Source of the DNA: Actinomycetales bacterium
Lineage (GTDB): Bacteria > Actinomycetota > Actinomycetes > Actinomycetales > JBBRBF01
Assembly (NCBI GenBank): GCA_038206105.1
Contig: JBBRBF010000004.1
Location: forward strand, 8,053 to 72,052
Reading direction: 5' to 3'
Length of the DNA stretch: 64,000 nucleotides
The stretch's first letter is position 1, and each line of letters begins with the position of its first letter. Shown here piece after piece: positions 9,628 to 17,032 of this stretch. The translations under genes and the position numbers were made by a program. A model generated the notes under the pieces. That model saw only the letters and a list, made by a program, of their open reading frames with translations. It had not been told where the DNA came from and searched no databases.

Positions 9628-10351
9628 GACCGAGGACGGCGTCGGCGCCTTCTCCCAGGCGACCGGCAGGAGCCTGGAGGAGGGCCCGGGGCAGTACCAG
9701 CGCCGCTACCGCGCCTACCAGCTGGAGCTCATCGCGCGGCACTGCGGCGACTCGGTGCTGGAGGTGGGGGCCGGGCTGGGCGACTTCGCGAGCCAGCTCA
9801 CCGGGCTGCGCCGGCACGTCGTGACCGACGTGGACCCGGGCTGCGTCGCCCGGATGGCGCAGCGGTTCGCCGACCGCCCGGAGGTCGAGGCCCGCCGGCT
9901 CGACCTCGACGGGCCCCTCGGCGACGTGGGCGAGACGGTCTCGACCGTCGTGGCCATCAACGTGCTGGAGCACATCGAGGACGACAGCGGCACGCTCGCC
10001 TCCCTCGCGCGCCTCGTCGAGCCCGGCGGCCGGGTCGTGCTCTGGGTGCCCGGCTACATGCAGCTCTACGGCGAGTTCGACCGCCGTGTCGGGCACGTGC
10101 GCCGCTACACCCCCGCCACGTTGCGGGCCGCCATCGAGGGCGCCGGGCTGACGCCGTCCGTGGTGCACCCGGTCAACCTGCTCGGCGGCATCGCGTGGTG
10201 GCTGACGGTGCGCCGGGGCGGGGTCGACGCCCCCCGGCCGAGCCTGCTGCGCCTCTATGACGCCGGTGTCGTGCCGGTGACGCGCACGCTGGAGCGTCGG
10301 GTGCGGCCGCCGTTCGGTCAGTCGGTGCTCGGCGTGGCGACCGTCGGCTGA
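9620..10351 (+). CDS. Class I SAM-dependent methyltransferase
   Basis: Motif I VLEVGAGLGDF. GTG start overlaps the GtrA-like stop by 8 nt. Confidence 0.8.
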   Translation: MSETEDGVGAFSQATGRSLEEGPGQYQRRYRAYQLELIARHCGDSVLEVGAGLGDFASQLTGLRRHVVTDVDPGCVARMAQRFADRPEVEARRLDLDGPLGDVGETVSTVVAINVLEHIEDDSGTLASLARLVEPGGRVVLWVPGYMQLYGEFDRRVGHVRRYTPATLRAAIEGAGLTPSVVHPVNLLGGIAWWLTVRRGGVDAPRPSLLRLYDAGVVPVTRTLERRVRPPFGQSVLGVATVG

Positions 10352-11769
10352 CGCCGCAGGGCGGTCCACGCGAGGGCGCCGGCACCGGGCAGCAGCACGA
10401 GCGCCGGCAGCTGGTAGCGCCAGACGAACTGGGTGGTGACGTCGGGCACGAGCAGGAGGCCGGCACCGCACACGGCCAGCAACAGCACGATCGAGCGCAT
10501 CCCCGAGCGCCGGGCGCGCCCCACGCCGGCGGCGGCGACCAGCGCGCCCACGAGGCACGCCAGCAGCACCGGGCCGGGGGTGTACCCGACCCACTGGTAG
10601 GCGGCCACGGCCGTCGCGAACGGCTGGTTCGTGCTCTGCTGCACGCCGCCGTGCTCGGCGAAGGCCGGTCCGGTCCAGCTCGTCGGCTCCGCGTCGACGT
10701 ACGTGCCGAAGCGCCACCTGTAGGCCCGCTCGTACTCGAAGCGGTCGCCGCGCCACACGTCGAAGTTCAGCGCGAAGTCCCGCAGCACCACCGAGACGTA
10801 GTCGCCGGGCTGCTGCCGGACGGCCGCCGCACCGAACTCCGCCATCGCCTCGCTCGGGGTCGTCCCCTCCGGCGGCGCCAGCCGGGGGACGGTGCGCGGG
10901 TCGTGCCACCCGTAGTTCGTCGGGTCCGTCCGCTCGCCGCGCGGCTCCGGGGGGCACAGCACCCGCTGGTAGTCCGGGACGTCGAGGGTCGAGCAGTCGA
11001 CGAACGTGGTGGTACGCATGTACGCGGACTTGCCGCCGATGTCCGTGATCGCGAAGACCCCGTAGGTCTGGTGGTACCACGCGGCGTACGCCCCCACCGG
11101 CAGCACGAACCCCACTGCCAGCACGGCGGCCGTCAGCAGCCGCCCTCGCGTGCCCCTGCCTGCGAGCAGGCAGTACCCGGCACCGGCCAGCACCAGCGGC
11201 ATCCCGACCTGGCGCACCGTGACGGACGTGCCGAGCAGCAGCCCCGCCACCAGCGCCAGCGCCAGCGTCGGACGGCGGCGCCACCCGAGGGCGACGACGC
11301 CCAGGGTCACGACCAGCACGAAGAACGTGTCCGAGAGCGGGGTCGACTCCAGCAGCAGCTGCAGCCCGTCGAACAGCACGGGCAGGGCCGCGAGCGTCGC
11401 GGGCCAGCGGCCCACGCCCCAGCGGCGGAGGAGCACGTAGAGCGCGGTGGCCGTGACCAGACCCAGCAGGTGCTGTGCCACGGCGACCGCCGCGACCGAG
11501 TCGGTGAGCCACGACAGCGGGGTGAGCAGCAGCAGCCCGTACCCGACGGGTCGGTCCGGGTTGGGTGCGAACGAGTCCAGGAAGCGCAGGTACGTGGGCG
11601 AGTCGGTGACCATCAGGGACGGGGTGAACGCCACCGAGACCACGACCCGCAACAGCGCGGCGAGGCCCAGCGCCACCAGGAACGGCCGGTGCCCGGCGAC
11701 CAGGCCACCCCCGGCGCCGTGCGCGCCCGAGGGGGCGCCGGTCCGCCGCAGGGTGGCCGCGGTGCTCAC
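10318..11769 (-). CDS. Polytopic membrane protein, GT-C-like (GT39/GT83-like) glycosyltransferase candidate
   Basis: Last 484 codons of track ORF 10318..13413. GTG start overlaps the upstream stop (GTGA). First-loop motif VTDSPTYLRF, about 9 TM helices and a Cys-containing extracytoplasmic domain. Confidence 0.65.
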   Translation of the reverse strand: MSTAATLRRTGAPSGAHGAGGGLVAGHRPFLVALGLAALLRVVVSVAFTPSLMVTDSPTYLRFLDSFAPNPDRPVGYGLLLLTPLSWLTDSVAAVAVAQHLLGLVTATALYVLLRRWGVGRWPATLAALPVLFDGLQLLLESTPLSDTFFVLVVTLGVVALGWRRRPTLALALVAGLLLGTSVTVRQVGMPLVLAGAGYCLLAGRGTRGRLLTAAVLAVGFVLPVGAYAAWYHQTYGVFAITDIGGKSAYMRTTTFVDCSTLDVPDYQRVLCPPEPRGERTDPTNYGWHDPRTVPRLAPPEGTTPSEAMAEFGAAAVRQQPGDYVSVVLRDFALNFDVWRGDRFEYERAYRWRFGTYVDAEPTSWTGPAFAEHGGVQQSTNQPFATAVAAYQWVGYTPGPVLLACLVGALVAAAGVGRARRSGMRSIVLLLAVCGAGLLLVPDVTTQFVWRYQLPALVLLPGAGALAWTALRRQPTVATPSTD

Positions 11770-13457
11770 GGGGCAGCCGCGCCGGCGCCCTGGACCCGGC
11801 GTCCCTGCCGCACCGGCGCCAGGGCCGGGGCGCTCTCCCGCGCCGGCGCCGGGCACCCCTCCCGCCACCAGGTGCCGAGGACGACGCGCGCGTAGCGCGT
11901 GCCGTAGACGAGGTTGCCGCCCTTCTTGCTGCTGCCGGCGGTGCGCAGGTGCATCGTGCCCGGCACCTCGAGCACCCGGTACCCGCGCGACAGGACGCCG
12001 ATCAGCAGCTCGGAGGACTGGTACTGCGGCTGGTCCAGGGTGACGTCGCCGGTGACGTCGGCCCGCATCGCCCGCAGCCCGAAGGAGGTGTCCGTCAGCC
12101 AGACCCCGGTCAGGGCGGACACGACCCAGGCGAACACGTGGACGCCGACGTGCCGCACCCGGTCCTGGGTGTGCTGGCGCCCGAGGCGGCGCGAGCCGGT
12201 GACGAAGTCGGCCCGCCCGGCCACGACCGGCGCCAGGACGTCGGCGATCTCGCCGGCGTCGTACTGGCCGTCGGCGTCGGTGGTCATGACGTAGCGCGCG
12301 CCGTACGTGCGGGCGACGCGGTACCCCAGCCGCAGCGCCGCGCCCTGCCCGCGGTTCGCCGGGCACGCCACGGCGTACGCGCGGCCGTGGGCGGCGACCG
12401 CGGCCGCCGTCCCGTCGCTGCTGCCGTCGTCCACGACGACGACGTCGAGGGGCAGGCCGCACGCCTGGTGCGGCAGCCGCGAGAGCACCTCCGGCAGCCC
12501 GGCGGCCTCGTTGTACGCGGCGACGACCACGACGACCGGGGCCAGGGCCGGGGTGCCGTGGTCGTCGCGGAAGCGCGCCAGCGCCGCGACGTCGGTCTCG
12601 TCGGGGTCGGGCCGCCTGCCCGACGAGCGCCGCCCGCGGAGCAGCGCCGTGAGCCCGAGCGCCCCCGCGGCCGGCAGCAGCGCCAGCGCGACCGGCGAGT
12701 CGAGCGCGGCCGGCCCCCCGGTCGCCTGGTCCACGACGAGGACGGCGGCCGCGACGGCCGCGACGAGCAGGCTCGGCGCCCGCAGGCCGGAGCGTGCCGC
12801 CCGGCCGAGGCCTGCGGCGGCCAGGAGCGCCAGGACGAGCCCCGCCAGCGGCACGACGTCCGGGACGGTGGGCACCCACGCCGACAGGAGCTCGACACGG
12901 GCGGACGTCGCCGGGCCCGTCCCCACCACCGCCGCGACCCCGGCCAGCGCGACACCGACCGCGGCGGTCACGACGCCCGCGCCACGCCCCCAGCCGAGCA
13001 CGAGGAGGCAGACCGCGAGCAGGGCCGCCAGGTACGTCGCGGGCACCGCGGCGTGCTCGGCGGCGACCTGGTCGGCGTCCACGAGGACGGGCAGGACCGC
13101 CAGGGCCGCGAGCCAGGGCGCCACCCCCCAGCGCAGCACCAGCGCGTAGGCGGCGACGGCTGCCGCCGGCCCGGCCAGGTGCGCGACGGCACCACCGACG
13201 CCCGACGGCGCTCCCGCGGCGTGCGCGAGCAGGCGCAGCACGACGCCGGCGGCGAGGGCGACGACCAGGACGCCGTGCCGCACCAGGAGGGCCCGAGTCC
13301 CGACGGCGCGGGGCCTGACAGCCCGGGGCCCGACAGCGCGCGGCCGGACGGCTCGGGCGCCTGAGGTGGCCGGGGTCGTGCTGACGGGTGTCGCGGGCTC
13401 CGCCGCACGCCACGAGCGGGGTGCGGACGGCGGCCGGGTCCTGCTACGCGCGGGCAT
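11766..13457 (-). CDS. GT2 glycosyltransferase (DPM1/GtrB/ArnC-like polyprenyl-phosphate sugar synthase type) with N-terminal multi-TM module
   Basis: C-terminal GT2 blocks VVVVAAYNEA, VVVDDGSSDGT and TTDADGQYD. The N-terminal ~270 aa are hydrophobic. Start is uncertain (ATG 13457 or GTG 13282). Confidence 0.8.
   Translation of the reverse strand: MPARSRTRPPSAPRSWRAAEPATPVSTTPATSGARAVRPRAVGPRAVRPRAVGTRALLVRHGVLVVALAAGVVLRLLAHAAGAPSGVGGAVAHLAGPAAAVAAYALVLRWGVAPWLAALAVLPVLVDADQVAAEHAAVPATYLAALLAVCLLVLGWGRGAGVVTAAVGVALAGVAAVVGTGPATSARVELLSAWVPTVPDVVPLAGLVLALLAAAGLGRAARSGLRAPSLLVAAVAAAVLVVDQATGGPAALDSPVALALLPAAGALGLTALLRGRRSSGRRPDPDETDVAALARFRDDHGTPALAPVVVVVAAYNEAAGLPEVLSRLPHQACGLPLDVVVVDDGSSDGTAAAVAAHGRAYAVACPANRGQGAALRLGYRVARTYGARYVMTTDADGQYDAGEIADVLAPVVAGRADFVTGSRRLGRQHTQDRVRHVGVHVFAWVVSALTGVWLTDTSFGLRAMRADVTGDVTLDQPQYQSSELLIGVLSRGYRVLEVPGTMHLRTAGSSKKGGNLVYGTRYARVVLGTWWREGCPAPARESAPALAPVRQGRRVQGAGAAAP
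13299..13358 (-). repeat. Imperfect 15-bp tandem repeat x4 (encodes PRAVx pentapeptide repeats)
   Basis: Units cccgacggcgcgggg / cctgacagcccgggg / cccgacagcgcgcgg / ccggacggctcgggc. They lie in the putative N-terminal tail of the GT2 gene. Confidence 0.7.
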
Positions 13458-14400
13458 CGACCCGCGCCGCCCCGGCGACCGCCGGGTCGAAGTCGGCCCA
13501 GGCGCCGCGCAGCCCCTCGTCCAGGGCCACCGTGGGCTCCCAGCCGCGGCTGCGGGCCCGGGAGACGTCCACGACGACGGCGGGCATCTCGCCGGGCTTG
13601 GGGGGCACGCGTCCGGCCGTGACCGGCTGGCCGACGACCTCCCCGGCGACCCGCACGATCTCGTTCACCGTGTACGACCGGCCGCCGCCGATGATCACCG
13701 GTCCGGTAGGCCAGCCCTGGACCGCCAGCACCATCGCCCGGGCCACGTCCGTGACGTGCACGAGGTCGCGGCGCTGCTCGCCGTCCCCGTACACCTCGAT
13801 CCGCCCATCGGCCGCCGCCGCCCGCATCAGCCGCGGCACCAGGCTGTCCTTGTGCTGCATGCCGGGCCCGTAGACGTTCGACAGCCGCAGGCACGGCGTC
13901 CGCATCCCGTAGGCGCCCGCGTAGCCGTGCAGCAGCATCTCCCCGGCGGCCTTCGTCGCGCCGTAGGGGGTCAGGGGAGCCAGCGGGAGGTCCTCCACGA
14001 TGGTCCGGGTACCGACGTCGCCGACGACCGCGTTCGTGGACGCCAGCACGAAGGTGCCGACGCCCCGCTCGCGAGCGAGCTCGAGCAGGCCCGCCGTCAT
14101 CTCGACGTTGGTGCGGTGCACCTGGGCGGGCCGCTCCACCGAGCCGAGCACCGACGTCGCCGCGGCCAGGTGCACGACCGCGTCGAGACCGGCGACGACG
14201 GCGCGCTCGCGCACCGCGGGGTCGCACAGGTCGCCGACCACGCCCCGCACGTCGTCGGAGCCGACCAGGTCGGCGCCCACGACGGCGTAGCCGGCGTCCT
14301 GCAGCGCCGCGACGACGTGCCGGCCGACGAAGCCCGACGCGCCGGTGACGAGGACCTGCGGGGCGGCGGGCACCGCGGCGTCCGCCGCACCCGCGCTCAC
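13444..14400 (-). CDS. NAD-dependent epimerase/dehydratase (GalE-like)
   Basis: VLVTGASGFVG Rossmann motif and YGATKAAGE (YxxxK). GTG start overlaps the upstream stop (GTGA). Only the last 318 codons of track ORF 13444..15093 are real. Confidence 0.85.
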   Translation of the reverse strand: MSAGAADAAVPAAPQVLVTGASGFVGRHVVAALQDAGYAVVGADLVGSDDVRGVVGDLCDPAVRERAVVAGLDAVVHLAAATSVLGSVERPAQVHRTNVEMTAGLLELARERGVGTFVLASTNAVVGDVGTRTIVEDLPLAPLTPYGATKAAGEMLLHGYAGAYGMRTPCLRLSNVYGPGMQHKDSLVPRLMRAAAADGRIEVYGDGEQRRDLVHVTDVARAMVLAVQGWPTGPVIIGGGRSYTVNEIVRVAGEVVGQPVTAGRVPPKPGEMPAVVVDVSRARSRGWEPTVALDEGLRGAWADFDPAVAGAARVDARA

Positions 14401-15566
14401 GAGCGCGGGCCGACGGGGTTCGTCGTCTGCCGCCAGTTCACGGCCGGGTGCAGGGCGTCCCGGTCGACGCGGTGCTGGTGCTGCTCGATGATGCCGAACA
14501 TCGACGTCAGCAGCGTGTCCGACAGCAGGTGCGGCTGCAGGCCGAGGGACTCCAGCGCGGTGTGAGTGAACCCGTAGTAGTGGTTCTCCTTCTCCACGCG
14601 CGGGTTGTCCAGGTACTCCACGTCGACGGGCCCGGGGTAGCTGTTGGACACGATCTTGGCCATCTCGGCGAGCGAGAAGCTCTCCGTGGCCTGGTTGAAG
14701 ACGCGGAACTCGCCGGCATCGGCCGGGTTCTCGCAGGCGAGCCGGATGCACTCCACGGTGTCGCGGATGTCGAGGACGGCGCGGGTCTGGCTGCCACCGC
14801 CGTAGACCGACAGGGGCAGCCCGAGGACAGCCTGGATCGCGAAGCGGTTCAGGACCGTGCCGAACACCGCGTCGTAGTCCAGCCGGGTCGCCAGGCGCGG
14901 GTCGAGCGCGGTCTCGGCGGTCTCCTGCCCGTACACGATGCCCTGGTTGAGGTCGGTGACGCGCAGCCCCCACGTGCGGCACCCGAACTCGAGGTTGTGG
15001 CTGTCGTGCACCTTGGACAGGTGGTAGAACGAGTTGGGCCGCTTTGGGTACAGCATCCGGTCGGTGCGGCCCTTGTGGGTGACGTCGAGCCACCCCTCCT
15101 CGATGTCGATGTTGGGCGTGCCGTACTCGCCCATCGTGCCCAGCTTGACGAGGTGGATGTCGCGGTCGATCTCGCCGATCGCGAACATCACGTTCAGCGT
15201 GCCGACGACGTTGTTCGTCTGGGTGTAGACCGCGTGCTTGCGGTCGATCATCGAGTAGGGCGCCGCGCGCTGCTCGGCGAAGTGCACGACGGCGTCCGGC
15301 GCGAACGCGCGGATCGTGTCGTACACGAGCTCGCCGTCCATCAGGTCGCCGGCGATGGCGGTGATGCTGCGCCCGCTGACCTCACGCCAGGCACGGACCC
15401 GCTCGTGCATGCTCTCGATCGGGACCAGGCTGCCCGAGCCGAGCTCGTGGTCGTACTGCCGGCGGACGCCGTTGTCGAGCACGACGACGTCGTGCCCCCT
15501 GCCCGACAGGTACATCGCGGTCGGCCACCCGAGATAACCGTCCCCGCCCAGAACCAGGACCTTCAT
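14397..15566 (-). CDS. UDP-sulfoquinovose synthase-like extended SDR (SQD1/SqdB/Agl3 type)
   Basis: ATG 15566 with AAGGAG 9 nt upstream. Full-length similarity to SQD1 as I remember it: GGDGYLGWPTAMYLS, HFAEQRAAPYSMIDR, LVKLGTMGEYGTPNIDIEEGW, FYHLSKVHDSHN, RLDYDAVFGTVLNRF, GEFRVFNQ. Confidence 0.8.
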   Translation of the reverse strand: MKVLVLGGDGYLGWPTAMYLSGRGHDVVVLDNGVRRQYDHELGSGSLVPIESMHERVRAWREVSGRSITAIAGDLMDGELVYDTIRAFAPDAVVHFAEQRAAPYSMIDRKHAVYTQTNNVVGTLNVMFAIGEIDRDIHLVKLGTMGEYGTPNIDIEEGWLDVTHKGRTDRMLYPKRPNSFYHLSKVHDSHNLEFGCRTWGLRVTDLNQGIVYGQETAETALDPRLATRLDYDAVFGTVLNRFAIQAVLGLPLSVYGGGSQTRAVLDIRDTVECIRLACENPADAGEFRVFNQATESFSLAEMAKIVSNSYPGPVDVEYLDNPRVEKENHYYGFTHTALESLGLQPHLLSDTLLTSMFGIIEQHQHRVDRDALHPAVNWRQTTNPVGPRS

Positions 15567-15625
15567 GCGAACGTGCTCCTTCCGGGCGTGCTCCGAGATG
15601 AATGCCTGCGCCCTACGTGGAGGCG

Positions 15626-15631
15626 ATGCTA
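15626..15631 (-). promoter_or_regulatory. Candidate -10 box TAGCAT for the sqd-type operon
   Basis: TANNNT hexamer about 60 nt upstream of ATG 15566 on the minus strand. Confidence 0.3.
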
Positions 15632-15648
15632 ACCACCACCCCTGCGGC

Positions 15649-15670
15649 ACACCATCACGACACCATCACG
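15649..15670 (-). promoter_or_regulatory. Exact 11-bp direct repeat x2 (minus strand cgtgatggtgt cgtgatggtgt), candidate response-regulator box
   Basis: The repeat ends 17 nt upstream of the TAGCAT hexamer, so it occupies the -35 position. Confidence 0.4.
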
Positions 15671-15731
15671 GGCGTCATGTCCCGTTCCGTCCCGGTCCGG
15701 CCGGTCACGACCCGGTACCGGCCGCCTGCGA

Positions 15732-16538
15732 TCAGTCATCCTCGGACCGCTCACAGATTGCGGTTGCGTGCTCACCCTCCGTCTCGGCGGTGGTCGTCGT
15801 CCGGGTGGCCACATCGGTGGGCACGGACCGCAGGAAGTAGGCACCGACCGCCCCGGCGAGTGTGGCGAACACGGCCACGGAGTACACCGCGAGCCCGACC
15901 TCGAGCACGCGGGCCCCGGCGCCGCCCGCGGTCAGCGGGTCGCCGGTGACCGTCGCGAGCGCGGCGTCGTGCAGCGCACTGGTGTAGGAGGCGTACCCGC
16001 CCAGCAGGTAGAGCGCCTGGCTGGAGGCGAGCACGACCGCGCCGGTGACCACGCCGAGCCAGCCGATCCGGCCCGACAGCAGCCGCCCCGCGGACCGAGA
16101 CCCCCGGACGGCGGCGGACAGCACGCTGCCGAGGCGGGCCACCCGGGCCACCCGCGCGAGGCGCAGCAACGACAGCGCCCGCAGGAACCGCAGGAAGGGC
16201 ACGGCGAGGAACACGAGCTGCCACCAGTGGCGGCGCCAGAACCGGCGCTGGTCCCGCGCGATGTAGGCCCGCAGGGCGAACTCGGCGACGAACACCGCCC
16301 ACAGCACCCACCCCGTCACGGCGAGGGCCGTCATCAGGGACTCGTCCTCGGCGACGACCTGGCCGAGGACCACGAGCACGAAGACGAGACCGAGGGCGCC
16401 CATCGGGCGGTCCAGCCGCGCCGCGAGCTCCTCGGCCGTGGACAGGTCGCGCGTCAACGGCTCGGCTGCGCGCTCCTGCTGCTGCGCCGGTCCGGTCCGC
16501 TGCGCCGGACCCGTCCCCTGGGCTGGGGGCCCGGTCAC
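15732..16538 (-). CDS. Voltage-sensor-containing ion transport protein (6-TM cation channel family)
   Basis: S4-like helix LRFLRALSLLRLARVARVARL and a pore-like segment ATVTGDP. GTG start overlaps the upstream stop (GTGA). Only the last 268 codons of track ORF 15732..16934 are real. Confidence 0.75.
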   Translation of the reverse strand: MTGPPAQGTGPAQRTGPAQQQERAAEPLTRDLSTAEELAARLDRPMGALGLVFVLVVLGQVVAEDESLMTALAVTGWVLWAVFVAEFALRAYIARDQRRFWRRHWWQLVFLAVPFLRFLRALSLLRLARVARVARLGSVLSAAVRGSRSAGRLLSGRIGWLGVVTGAVVLASSQALYLLGGYASYTSALHDAALATVTGDPLTAGGAGARVLEVGLAVYSVAVFATLAGAVGAYFLRSVPTDVATRTTTTAETEGEHATAICERSEDD

Positions 16539-17032
16539 AGGTACCGCAGCATGCGCGTGTTGCCCAGCGAGTTGGGCTTGACGTGGGCCAGGTCGAGGAA
16601 CTCGGCGACCCCGTCGTCGTGGCTGCGCAGCAGCTCGGCGTAGACCGCGGGCTCCACCGGGGTGCCGTCGATGACGTGGAAGCCGTGCCGCACGAAGAAG
16701 TCGACCTCGAAGGTGAGGCAGAACAGGCGCGGCAGGCCGAGGTCGTGCGCGTCCTGCACGAGCGCCTCCATCAGCACGTGCCCCACCCCCCGGCCGAGGT
16801 ATGGCGCGGAGACCGCCAAGGTCCGGATCTCCCCCAGGTTTTCCCACATGCAGTGCAGCGCGCCGCAGCCCGCGAGCTCGCCGTCGACCTCGGCGACCCG
16901 GAACTCCTGCAGCGACTCGAAGTAGGTCACCCACTCCTTCGTCAGCAGCACCCGCGACTCGACCAGGGGACGCACCACCTCGACGATGCCGCGGACGTCG
17001 GAGGCCCGCGCCCGCCTGACGGTGATGTTCAC
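16535..17032 (-). CDS. GNAT amino-acid N-acetyltransferase (short N-acetylglutamate synthase-like)
   Basis: GNAT core RGVGHVLMEAL and the C-terminal block AEFLDLAHVKPNSLGNTRML, typical of actinobacterial short ArgA-like proteins. GTGA overlap with the upstream gene. Confidence 0.75.
   Translation of the reverse strand: MNITVRRARASDVRGIVEVVRPLVESRVLLTKEWVTYFESLQEFRVAEVDGELAGCGALHCMWENLGEIRTLAVSAPYLGRGVGHVLMEALVQDAHDLGLPRLFCLTFEVDFFVRHGFHVIDGTPVEPAVYAELLRSHDDGVAEFLDLAHVKPNSLGNTRMLRYL

Noticed and set aside
10318-13413. A single 1031-aa protein
   Set aside because: Only the last 484 codons look like a real membrane protein. The upstream part is an out-of-frame overlap of the GT2 gene and reads as Arg/Pro/Gly junk. 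A GTG start with a GTGA overlap fits better.
13691-13701. ATGATCACCGG inside the epimerase gene as another motif copy
   Set aside because: It lies in a conserved coding stretch (GPVIIGGG) and lacks the C-rich flank and the TGCAC extension. It is probably coincidental codon usage. Looser GATCACCGG matches elsewhere, including in coding DNA, were likewise not counted.
15649-15670. Calling the 11-bp direct repeat a bona fide PHO box
   Set aside because: Only the periodicity and a GTGA/TCAC core resemble PhoP/PhoR-type sites as I remember them. There are just two units and no search is possible here, so it is kept as a hypothesis.
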